From Craspedostauros australis (lineage: Eukaryota), in assembly GCA_030167865.1 (NCBI GenBank), contig JALAGF010003427.1, forward strand, positions 1 to 38,315: DNA of 38,315 nt, written 5' to 3'. Numbering within the stretch: position 1 is the stretch's first letter; the number at the start of each line of letters is the position of its first letter. The notes below the pieces were generated by a model. It made no database searches. It was not told where the DNA came from and worked only from the letters and a program-made list of their open reading frames with translations. A program made the translations under genes and the position numbers. Below are positions 23,210 to 32,656 of the stretch, piece by piece.

Positions 23210-23530
23210 ATTGGGGGCTGCAGGTGGCCACCAGTAACTTCGTCCCGAAGAGTACATGTGAAGGAGTACTCTGCACTCGTACTGGACTCGATTATAGTGT
23301 TTGAGTAATGTTTTGCAATGCCCAAATATGTGTGGAGTACTGCACTTATGCTCTCCTTTAACACTATTACTCCGTTGTGATATGCACCATGTTGCGAACA
23401 CTGCGGATTACATTGGAGCAGAGTCAGACGAAATGCAAGGTGCTGCTATTGGCTGCACTTTGTGGCTTGTTTGAATCAAACACTCGTAGTCGTGTTTGTA
23501 CGCGTTCGACATCATCCGCTCGCATCAAGT

Positions 23531-26462
23531 TTATGACGACGGGGCCGGTCGCGAGAATCGGCCACGAGCATTCGTCTCGACGACGGTGGTCTTTCCAGCA
23601 CTGTCGTCACCCGCGGCGGCACCTCCCTCGCCATCGTCGACCTGAACGACGGGGTACTTGTTCTTGATCTTGTCCCACGTGGTCCTCTTGTACACGATGT
23701 TGTGGATGATGTCGACGACGTCATCCTTTGGACAGCGGATCTGGATGGTGGAATCGCGCTCGCGGATGGTCACGGAGTCATTGGTGAGGGTGTCAAAGTC
23801 GACGGTCACGGCGAACGGCACACCGATCTCATCGGAACGGGCGTATCGTCGGCCGAGCGACGCGGTGGACTTGTCGACGCGGGTTGCCAGGTCAGCTTCC
23901 ATCAGTGCTCCCGAGATCTCATCAACCTGATCATTGCGCAATTGCGGTTCGTGTGGAATGTGCGGGTGGCGTGGCATGGTGTATCCGGTTGTACATGAGT
24001 CACAGGCGCAACGAGTGCAGACAGATGCCGCAATGCAAATGGAATAGAGGAAAGCGTATGCGTGAAGCAAATGTGAGATGACGAACGCACATAAAGGACG
24101 AAAGACGAAGTCGTCATCTAACCAACCAACATGCAAGTACTGCAGCAAAACGTACCACGGCGTTGCACTCTGGATTGCTGCTGATGGGAAGGACGGCGCA
24201 CTTTTGGGGTGCGACTTGCGGGTTGAATCCCATGACGCAGCGCTGCTCATCATTCTCACGCTGATAGAACGAATGCTCCAGCAAGGAGTACAGGATGCGT
24301 CCCATTCCGAAGGATGGCTCGATGACCGAAGGGGTGAACTTGACCTGGTGCACCGTCTTCTTGATCTTGCTCCATGTCAGCATTTCCTTTTTGATCTCGA
24401 AGCCGTCCACGGTGGCGACGCCGCTGGATTCCAGCGCGGTCGCAATTGGTTCAAAGTCGGCCCAATTCTCTGCCAGGGCATCCAGGGCGCCAGTCACGGT
24501 TCTGGCGTCGCCCTTGAAGGCCATGCCGAAGGACTTGCGATCGAACTTGAGCTTCGCCATGTCGATCTCGCGGGGGTTGTCAAGCTTCATGGTGGCGACC
24601 ATGGGCGTCTTGGTGGCCTTGGCATGGACGTCGAGATCGTAGCAGGCACGGTCGGCATGTCCGACGCATTCCACCCAGCCGTAGCTGGACTCGATCTCCA
24701 GATCCCAGCAGTCGGCGGCGTAGTGCGCCATCTCGGTGGAGAGATGCTGACGGAAACGCAGACGCGCCGGGTCCATGCCGATCTTTTCCATGTACAGCTG
24801 GGTCCTGGCCATGAAGTAGCCCAGGGTCTGGTTGTTGACGAGCCCTGCCTTGACGGCCTCGCCAATCGCGACTGTCTTGGTCTTTCCAGATCCGAGCTGG
24901 TCATCCCTTCCGAAGAGGACGAGTTCCTTGCCAGCGACGGCAGGGAAGTTGGGATGGTCCTTGTTGTTGGGGTCGACGAAATGCTCGATCTCTCCCATGC
25001 AGAATTCTCTCACGCGCAACAGGCCGCTGCGTGGGGCGATCTCTGCATTCGTCAAGACGTACGCGCATGCGTAAGAGAGGCACGAGTGTGTTGAGAGGGC
25101 GTGGTAGATTCGTGCGGAGCAGTGTGGAGTGCAGCGAAGAAATGAAATTTGTGAGAACATGAATTGGAACAGCGAGGAATGAAGCGCAGTTGTCGTGCTC
25201 ATTGCGTTGTGCTCATTGCGTTGTGCTCATTGCGTTGTGCTCATTGCGTTGTGCTCATTACGTTGTGCTCATTGCGTTGTGTTGTACTGTCTTGCACCAG
25301 GCAACACGCAATGCAACACCAAACGCAGCACCAAATACAAGCCAACGTACCGTTACGGAAACCAAGACCAATCTGGGCGGCGGCGAATGGCATCTTGTCA
25401 GCATTGAGATCCAAGAGACGCTTGAAGTTGACAAAGAGACCCTGGGCTGTCTCTGGTCGCAAGTATCCTACTGCCGTTCCCTCTGGGCCGATGCTGGTCT
25501 TGAACATGAGGTTGAATGGGAAGCACGCGCCGAAGGGATCTCCGTTGGCAGCTTTGCAGCCGTACTTGGCAAGGAGCCCATCCAGCTCCTCCGGGCTGAA
25601 GGCATCCGCTTGCCGTTGGGTCTTGAGGTGATCCTCGCGCTCCTCGGCCGGCATGGTGGGGGTCTTCTCGATGAGGTCATCGATGGCATCTTCCAGCATC
25701 TTGTCAGCGCGGAAGCATTCCCCGGTCTGCTTGTCCTTGACCATGAGATCGGTGAAGCGCTCCACGTGGCCGCTGGTCTTCAAGACGGATTCTGGGGTCA
25801 GGCAGGTGCACTCCATTTCCAGCATGTTCTCCGCCAACACGAAGTGCTTCCTCCAGAGATCGATCATGGCGGCCTGTTGCATTCGAGTTGTTGTGTTAGG
25901 GACGAGAAATAATTGATTAGTTTAGTTGGCGCATTTCATGGAGGAACAGAATATAGTTTTGGATTGTATCATAGGTAGAGTTCAAGTACACAAATGTAGT
26001 AGCAGAGCAGAGTGCGCAGGAACACTTGCATGGTGATCCACTCCACTATCAGTGGCAACAGTTAGACGCAACAGATAGACGCAACAGATAGACACAACAG
26101 CTAGACACGACAGTTAGACCTAACTGTCAGACTCCACTCACCTTGAGGCCGCACGCAGGAGGACCAAGATCGAAGAGCCCCTTGACACCACCATGGATCT
26201 CGAAGGACGGAACGACGAACATCTTGCGCACAACCAAGTCATCGAAGGATTTGCGGTTGAACTGCGGCACGTTGGCCTGCAGCTTGCCCTGCAGATCCGC
26301 GGCGGAGATCTTGAGAGCCTGCAACGCCTTGATTGCCTCATCGATGGCATCCGCAGCAGCGCCATCCTTCTTCAGCTGCCGCACTTCGGATCCATGCTTC
26401 GTGATCTTGGCGTTCAGAGCATCGAGCTCGTCCTGCATCTTGGACTCTTCTTCTGTCGACAT
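23531..26462 (-). CDS. GARS: Glycyl-tRNA synthetase (eukaryotic alpha2 type) with N-terminal WHEP domain; join(26462..26142, 25873..25351, 25042..24156, 23926..23531), about 708 aa
   Basis: WHEP segment ([29 protein letters not shown]), [47 protein letters not shown], motif 2 [43 protein letters not shown], motif 3 [11 protein letters not shown], and anticodon domain [21 protein letters not shown]. Three GT-AG introns give 2127 nt in frame. Confidence 0.97.
25195..25281. repeat. 14-bp minisatellite (GTGCTCATTGCGTT) x6 in GlyRS intron 2
   Basis: Six head-to-tail copies, one with a G>A change (gtgctcattacgtt). Confidence 0.95.
26056..26120. repeat. 13-bp degenerate minisatellite (CAACAGNTAGACR) x5 in GlyRS intron 1
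   Basis: caacagttagacg caacagatagacg caacagatagaca caacagctagaca cgacagttagacc. Confidence 0.9.
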
Positions 26463-26465
26463 CTT

Positions 26466-26505
26466 GCTTAGCTTGGCTTGGCTTGCTTCGATTTGATTTG
26501 ATTTG
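26466..26505. repeat. (GCTTG)n(ATTTG)n pentanucleotide repeats abutting the GlyRS start codon
   Basis: gcttagcttggcttggcttgcttcgatttgatttgatttg. Confidence 0.8.
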
Positions 26506-28093
26506 ATGGGTATGAGCATTGAGGTGTGGTGCAAAAAGCAATTGGATGCGCTCTTCCTTGTGCTCGCAGACTGTCTCCCTCCAACACCGCTGTTGATGTC
26601 CCTCTTGATGTGTGGGTGGATCCTGTCGCACTTTCCCAAACACGCCCGTTTCGCGTGTGTTTCGGTCACAAGATCAACATCTCGTTCGTCCGTTTGTTGC
26701 GTCTCATCATTTGATTACCCCGACTATTGTTGCATCGATTCGTGTCCAAACGTGCCTCTGACTCGAATGGGTCGTGTTTGCATTGTTCGTGAACGGTGTG
26801 GTCGCGAACGTGGAAACGGAGTCGAACAAGGACAAGAACATCAACCTGAACTGATTGTGGAAATCACAAACTGACTGACAAACACAACCAAAAGACAAAC
26901 AAACTGTCAATCATGGCCGGAGAAGGACAGACAGACACGCAACGTTGCATCCAAACGTACAATCTTCCGACTTCTCAGTTCGACATCGGAAGTGGAAATG
27001 CTCTGTTCAGCAGACAACGGGAATGAAACGTGACGAACATGTGCGAGGAGGCGCCAACAAAAGCTCGAACCCATTGTACCGGAACAATCCCACTAGACAT
27101 TTTGAACGGCACTTGGGAACCCAACAGTCATCAAGAGGGAATGAAAAAAACCGATCCGAGCGAAGCAAGAGCGACAGCATTCATACGCCTCTTCGCAAAT
27201 GTCGCGTGGGCACTTCACACCTATCCCATAAGTCAATGCCCTTGATATCCCCAGATTTAGGCCCGATTGTTCTCCTATCGCTCGTCCAATCTTGGACAGT
27301 CGCTGTGGTCATTCACTGTGTTAAGGAATCTATGTCTGCTTTTGGTGATGGATGACCATACTACAATTTTGTCCTGAGCAAGATCTCCGGGTTCGCAATG
27401 CGATGCGTCACCAGTGTGTGACACTATTCGTTGATTGGAGCGTTTCCTTCTCTGATGTCCAGTGCGTCGTCGAATCTGGCTTATTTGTCACGTGTACGTT
27501 TCTGCTTTGCGTTGACAAAAGAGTGAAACAACCCCGCTTCGCGTCCATGTGCTGCATGTCCGACAGTCGATCGACTTCCTCATTTCATGGTTCATTCGTG
27601 TCCTCGACGACTTTTTCGTGGATGCGCATCGCCACGAGACGAAATAGTTTCGCATCGCCACGAGCAAACATACCAAAACATACTGTTTGCCACAAAGCTC
27701 CCACTTTTCGAAAGCCCAGAAACTCCACACAATCTGACATCATGATAAATAACGTGGTAGTTCTCGTTGCTCGTTGTACCTCAACATTCTCTTGGTTGTA
27801 TCAGCCTCCACTTCTACCTCTCTTGATCTTGGATTCGTGTTCGATCGCCTCTGCCTCATGTGCCTCTTCTCCGACACTACCTCATTCGAATGTCCTTCTC
27901 GGTCTTGGACTCGTGTGCTTTCGGCGGCTAGAGCCAGAAATGCCGACAGGCTTGAATGGAACAGAGCGAGTATGTCCCTTCCACAGTCCTCCAACCAGTG
28001 CACAAATCGTCCTCACAAAACGCACTCAAAACGAGCTTGCCGCTTCCGAAAGCCATCCTCTGCCAAACATCGACGCCGTCTCATAAATCCAAT

Positions 28094-28174
28094 CAAGCCA
28101 AACCAAACCAAACCAAGCCAAGCCAAGCCAAGCCAAGCCAAGCCAAGCCAAACCAAACCAAACCAAACCAAGCC
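28094..28174. repeat. (CAAGC/CAAAC)~16 pentanucleotide microsatellite upstream of STAND ATPase copy 1
   Basis: caagccaaaccaaaccaaaccaagccaagccaagcc...caaaccaaaccaagcc seen directly. Confidence 0.95.
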
Positions 28175-28426
28175 GACCAGTACTCCTCGTTCTGCCAACC
28201 CCTCGTCAATCGATCATAGTACTTGTGCATAAATTCTTCCCCAGCATCGACAGCAGCATCAATACCAGCATCGGCATTACATCCTCTGACAACGACACAT
28301 ACTCTCACAGCCGCACATACAGTTAGCTCAGACACCCGCACCCACACTTACATTTTCAGTTCCAGCTCCAGTTCCAGCTCTGGTTCCAGTTACGCGCACA
28401 ATACATCTATCATATACTATAATACC

Positions 28427-31400
28427 ATGGAGATCCAGCACGCATCTAGCCCAGTCAGCCAGCAGCGCCCATCCAAAGCGCAGGTCTTTTCGTCAGGCAG
28501 AGACTTCTACGATGATGGATACACCGAGGAGGAGCAGAACATCAACAACCTCCCATCCACCGTCTTCCCTTCTGCTAGCGCCATGAGCAACAGCGGCAGA
28601 AACATCGACGATGGCAAAGCCGGTGAAACCAGCGATCCATCCGGATCATCGAACGGTGGTGCTCCGTGGAGGGAATCATCGTGCTTTCTCGGCAGAGAAC
28701 CAGAGCTGGAGCAACTCCGAAACCTCAAGAAGCAGATCATCGAGCAGGATCAGAACGTCGATCTCCATGCACAGGAGCCATCGAACGAGAGTGGCCCAAC
28801 GGCACCAACTGGAAAGCCTGACGTGCATCCGGCCGTGCTGCTCTGGGGTATCAGCGGTACGGGCAAGTCTGCGCTCGTCGATCACTTTCTGGCCACATGC
28901 TGCACCTGCAACAGCAGCTCCGAGCATCAACAGCAGCAGCAGCAGCAGCAGCAGCAGATGGACAACGAACAGACAGCAGCAGAAACATCAGCAGCAACTC
29001 CACCTACGGAAGCATCATCGTCATCATGCTGCACCTGCTGCTACATCGTGCGCGGCAAGTCCGACGAGTGCACTGGCCAGAGCAGCCCATTCTCGGCCAT
29101 CATCCAGGCCATCGAGGACTTCACGGCCCAGCTCAAGCGCGGCCCCAAATCGGAGCTCAACCGGCTGCGCGAATGCATCCGAGTGGCCTTCCCCACCGGA
29201 GGCTTCCGCCCGCTGGTGACTGTGATCCCATCCCTCTCCATCCTTTCGCCCAAGCCGGCCCGGGCAGATGCCTCCGTCACGAGCAACTCCGCTAGCTACC
29301 GTGTCAGCCTCAATGGCAGCCAGATCAACGGCGCAGGCTCCTCGACGGCACCGAACGAGGTGTTCACGGAGAACACTTGGAATCAGCTCCAGTACATCTT
29401 CGTGCAGTTCATCAAGGCGATCTCCACGAAGGAACGACCCATCTACATGTTCCTCGACGATCTGCAATGGTCCGCCAGCATCGGCCTGGACCTGCTTGTC
29501 CACCTGGTGGCCGATCGGACCCTGAAGCATTTCATGCTGCTCGGCGCCATCCGCCAGGAGACCAACCCGCACACCGACGAGCCGTTGGAGCTCGCCCCCG
29601 ACCACCCCCTGTCGCAGTGCCTCGTCAAGCCGCTGTCATCGGTCGACGCCCAAGAAGACGGCCAGACCTCTGACATCAACGACGAAGGGTCCACCAGGAC
29701 CGAGTCCACGCCAAGATCCCAATCCAACGACCGCCGCCGTCCACGAACCCTCCATCAGATTGCGCTCGCCAATCTCACGCTCGCTGAGATGACGGCGTGG
29801 CTGTCGACCATGCTGGAACGCGACGATGTGCAGGACCTGTCCCGGAAGATCTACAGGAAGACTGACGGCAACATCTTCTTCACGTTGCAGGTGCTGAGAG
29901 AGCTGGAGCGCAAGAACATCCTCGTCTTCAGCCGCATCTCCTTCCAATGGGAGTGGAATATTGCGAAGCCAGCTGAAGATGAGAGGAGCAACGCCAGCAG
30001 CGCCCAGCTGCCCGTCAGCGACAACGTCATCGGCCTCATCGAGTCCAACATCCGAGACCTCCCCAAGCAGCTGAGGCAGATACTTTGCATCGCCGCCTAC
30101 ATCCGATCGATGTTCGAGATCTCGGTGCTGCACCGAGTTCTGGAGAACGAACTGAAGCACGTGGATGGAGCCTTCGAGGCGACCAAAGGCGCCTTCACCA
30201 CGCAAGACCTCTCGAACTTGCTCGAGCGCGCCGTTCTGGAGCGTCTCATCTCCAACCCCATCGGCGGCACCAAGTACCACTTCGCGCACGACCGCATCCA
30301 GCAGGCGGCGCACGGCATGATCCCCTACGGCGAGGCCCGCGACAAGCTGCGCCTGCGCATCGGCCGCTGCTTGCTGAGGCTGCACCGCACCAAGCAGGAG
30401 CATATGCGCGACGACGAGCACAAGCACGAGTTCGGATATGCTGCTGCCAAAAGTGCCACCGCCAATGTCGCGGCCAACAACAAGGCCAAAGCCGTTCCGT
30501 CCAGAGCCTCTCATACCAAGACGAGGGACAGGGCCTACAGTCATGACAGGACCTCGATGTGCTCTCAATCCACCCATTCTGCCACATCTGCAGAATCGTC
30601 CATCTCGGGCTTCTCCGTTTCCGGCGTGGATGACGGCCTCCTCTTCGTGGCCGCGGACCACTTGAACAGCGTGCAGACCAAGGACCACATGTTCTCCGTC
30701 ACCATGAACCTCGAAGTCGGCGAGAAGGCGCTCGAGATGGCGGCCCTTCAAGCAGCTGCGACATACCTCCAAAAGGCACATGCAGCCCTGCGTCGTGTGC
30801 GAATCGGGGCATCCCACAAGACCGCCGCAAGCCAAGCTGCAACCAGCCAATCGATCTGGGACAGCGACGAGCACTACGACGTCTGCCTGAAGGTCTACCG
30901 TGCTCGCGCCGACGTCGAGCTGTCGCTTGGAAACTACGAACTGGGCTACAGCCTGTGCGACGAAGTTCTCGAGAAGGCCAGATCGATGGACGACAAGACG
31001 CCAACATACTTCTCCATGGCGAGAGCCTTGGGCAGAGAGAACCGTCATGCAGAGACGCTGGACGTGGAGCTGCGCGTGCTCAGATCGCTCAAGTCGTTCC
31101 CCAAGCGATGGTACATGTTCCACATCGCCAAGGCCATGGTGAAGCTCAGGTCCTTCCTGAAGAAAAACACCAACGAGGAGATCCTTGCAAGGCCATGGAT
31201 GACGGATCCAACCAAGAAGTACGTCATGAAGATCTCCGCCGATTTCGCCGTCTGCACCAAGTCGACGAACAACATGCTCCTCGTGGTCCTCAACCTCTGC
31301 AAGATGCTGTCCACCACCATGAAGTACGGCATCTGCAAGGAATCGGCCGGCGCCTTCGTCACCTACGGCCTCGTCGTCGGTGGTATGGGAGACCAAGCCA

Positions 31401-32656
31401 CAGCAGATCGCTGCGCAGAGCTCGCACATACCATCCTGGATCAGGCGGATGGGAAGACCGCCCAAGGCCAAGTCCGATTCATCACGGGCTGGTACATCAT
31501 CCCTTTCAAGGCGTCTTTCCCAGGCATGCTACGAGAGTTCAGGAGGGGATATCTTGACTCTCTGGAGGTCGGGGAGTTCGATATGGGCATCATCAACTAC
31601 CAAGCCTGCGCGTTTGCGGGATTCTCCTACGGATTGGAGCTGGGGCCGTTGCAGAAGGCGGCTGAGGCAGCCCTTGGCCAGATGTCGGCGTACAAAATCA
31701 AAGCCTTCAGCGGCATTGCCGAACACCTGCAAATCATGCTGAGGTACTTCACGGAGCAACAGGCGATCAATTGGCCTGAGCTGGACGCAGCATCCCGCCG
31801 CAATGTCATCACCGAGGATCTGAACCAGTCTGAGGTCGTCTGGAACTGCATGTTCTTCCACACCCGGTCTGTTCTGGCCTTGTTCCATCGGCGGTACGAA
31901 ATGTCAGAGCGGCTCCTCAACAGCTTCCTGACCATATCGGAGGGGGAACCCTCTTACTTGTACATACTCGCAGAGAGTTTCTTTGGTGGTCTGATCGCCG
32001 CAGGGAAGTACAGAGAGAAGGGAAACCGTCGCGAACTCGCAAACCTGCGAAGAAGGATCAAGAGGTTGAGACATGTGGCCAACACGAGAGGACGAATCTG
32101 GATCCATCAAGTGCTCCTGCTGGAAGCGGAAGAGCTCGCGATCACCACGAAGAACAAGGTGCACTCCAAGATCGAGCATGCCTACAACATCGCCATCATC
32201 GCAGCAACTCAAGCTGGTTGCATTCACGAAGCTGCCCTTGCCAACGAGATGGCAGGAGAGCATTTCGCGCAACACGGCTCCAAGGCCATGGTTGGTGACT
32301 ACTTCGTGCACGCCGTTGACTACTACAAGGCGTGGGGTGGCAAGAGCAAGGTGACCGACATCAAGCAGCGTCGCAAGAAGTACCTGAAGACCCTCAATGA
32401 CCCGTACCGTCAGCGTCCCGAGGGTCTGACCAACGATGGCGACGGCAACTATCTCTTCGGCATCACCAAAGATCCTTTCACTGGAGCGATCACCTCGAGG
32501 TGTACAGAACTCGATGCCTTCGCCGATCGCTCCAAGCACGGTGCTGGCGCCGAGTCTTCTGGCGACGCGCTTCAGTTCGGATCAGGGTTCAACGATGCTG
32601 CGCGTGCCTCGATGGGCCTCGAGGATGACGATGTCTCCGTCTTGACCGACATGTAA
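28427..32656 (+). CDS. STAND-class P-loop ATPase (AAA_16/COG3899-like) with long C-terminal helical (TPR-like) region, copy 1, about 1409 aa, intronless
   Basis: FLGREPELEQL, Walker A GISGTGKS (28847-28870), SPFSAI, Walker B MFLDDLQWS, sensor LLGAIR, KTDGNIFF, winged-helix YHFAHDRIQQAA, AADHLN, and C-terminal EAALANEMAG...YYKAWGGKSKV. ATG 28427 (MEIQ) matches the paralogue's start; the track start at 28223 is TTG. Confidence 0.9.
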   Translation: MEIQHASSPVSQQRPSKAQVFSSGRDFYDDGYTEEEQNINNLPSTVFPSASAMSNSGRNIDDGKAGETSDPSGSSNGGAPWRESSCFLGREPELEQLRNLKKQIIEQDQNVDLHAQEPSNESGPTAPTGKPDVHPAVLLWGISGTGKSALVDHFLATCCTCNSSSEHQQQQQQQQQQMDNEQTAAETSAATPPTEASSSSCCTCCYIVRGKSDECTGQSSPFSAIIQAIEDFTAQLKRGPKSELNRLRECIRVAFPTGGFRPLVTVIPSLSILSPKPARADASVTSNSASYRVSLNGSQINGAGSSTAPNEVFTENTWNQLQYIFVQFIKAISTKERPIYMFLDDLQWSASIGLDLLVHLVADRTLKHFMLLGAIRQETNPHTDEPLELAPDHPLSQCLVKPLSSVDAQEDGQTSDINDEGSTRTESTPRSQSNDRRRPRTLHQIALANLTLAEMTAWLSTMLERDDVQDLSRKIYRKTDGNIFFTLQVLRELERKNILVFSRISFQWEWNIAKPAEDERSNASSAQLPVSDNVIGLIESNIRDLPKQLRQILCIAAYIRSMFEISVLHRVLENELKHVDGAFEATKGAFTTQDLSNLLERAVLERLISNPIGGTKYHFAHDRIQQAAHGMIPYGEARDKLRLRIGRCLLRLHRTKQEHMRDDEHKHEFGYAAAKSATANVAANNKAKAVPSRASHTKTRDRAYSHDRTSMCSQSTHSATSAESSISGFSVSGVDDGLLFVAADHLNSVQTKDHMFSVTMNLEVGEKALEMAALQAAATYLQKAHAALRRVRIGASHKTAASQAATSQSIWDSDEHYDVCLKVYRARADVELSLGNYELGYSLCDEVLEKARSMDDKTPTYFSMARALGRENRHAETLDVELRVLRSLKSFPKRWYMFHIAKAMVKLRSFLKKNTNEEILARPWMTDPTKKYVMKISADFAVCTKSTNNMLLVVLNLCKMLSTTMKYGICKESAGAFVTYGLVVGGMGDQATADRCAELAHTILDQADGKTAQGQVRFITGWYIIPFKASFPGMLREFRRGYLDSLEVGEFDMGIINYQACAFAGFSYGLELGPLQKAAEAALGQMSAYKIKAFSGIAEHLQIMLRYFTEQQAINWPELDAASRRNVITEDLNQSEVVWNCMFFHTRSVLALFHRRYEMSERLLNSFLTISEGEPSYLYILAESFFGGLIAAGKYREKGNRRELANLRRRIKRLRHVANTRGRIWIHQVLLLEAEELAITTKNKVHSKIEHAYNIAIIAATQAGCIHEAALANEMAGEHFAQHGSKAMVGDYFVHAVDYYKAWGGKSKVTDIKQRRKKYLKTLNDPYRQRPEGLTNDGDGNYLFGITKDPFTGAITSRCTELDAFADRSKHGAGAESSGDALQFGSGFNDAARASMGLEDDDVSVLTDM

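Noticed and set aside
25195-25281. Direct repeats considered as a CRISPR array
   Set aside because: The copies are head-to-tail with no unique spacers, lie inside a eukaryotic intron, and there are no cas genes.
27352-28086. 244-aa ORF upstream of STAND copy 1 as a possible effector partner or upstream exon
   Set aside because: No recognisable domain, non-coding-like composition, and no counterpart that I could align in the 32657-34090 spacer upstream of copy 2.
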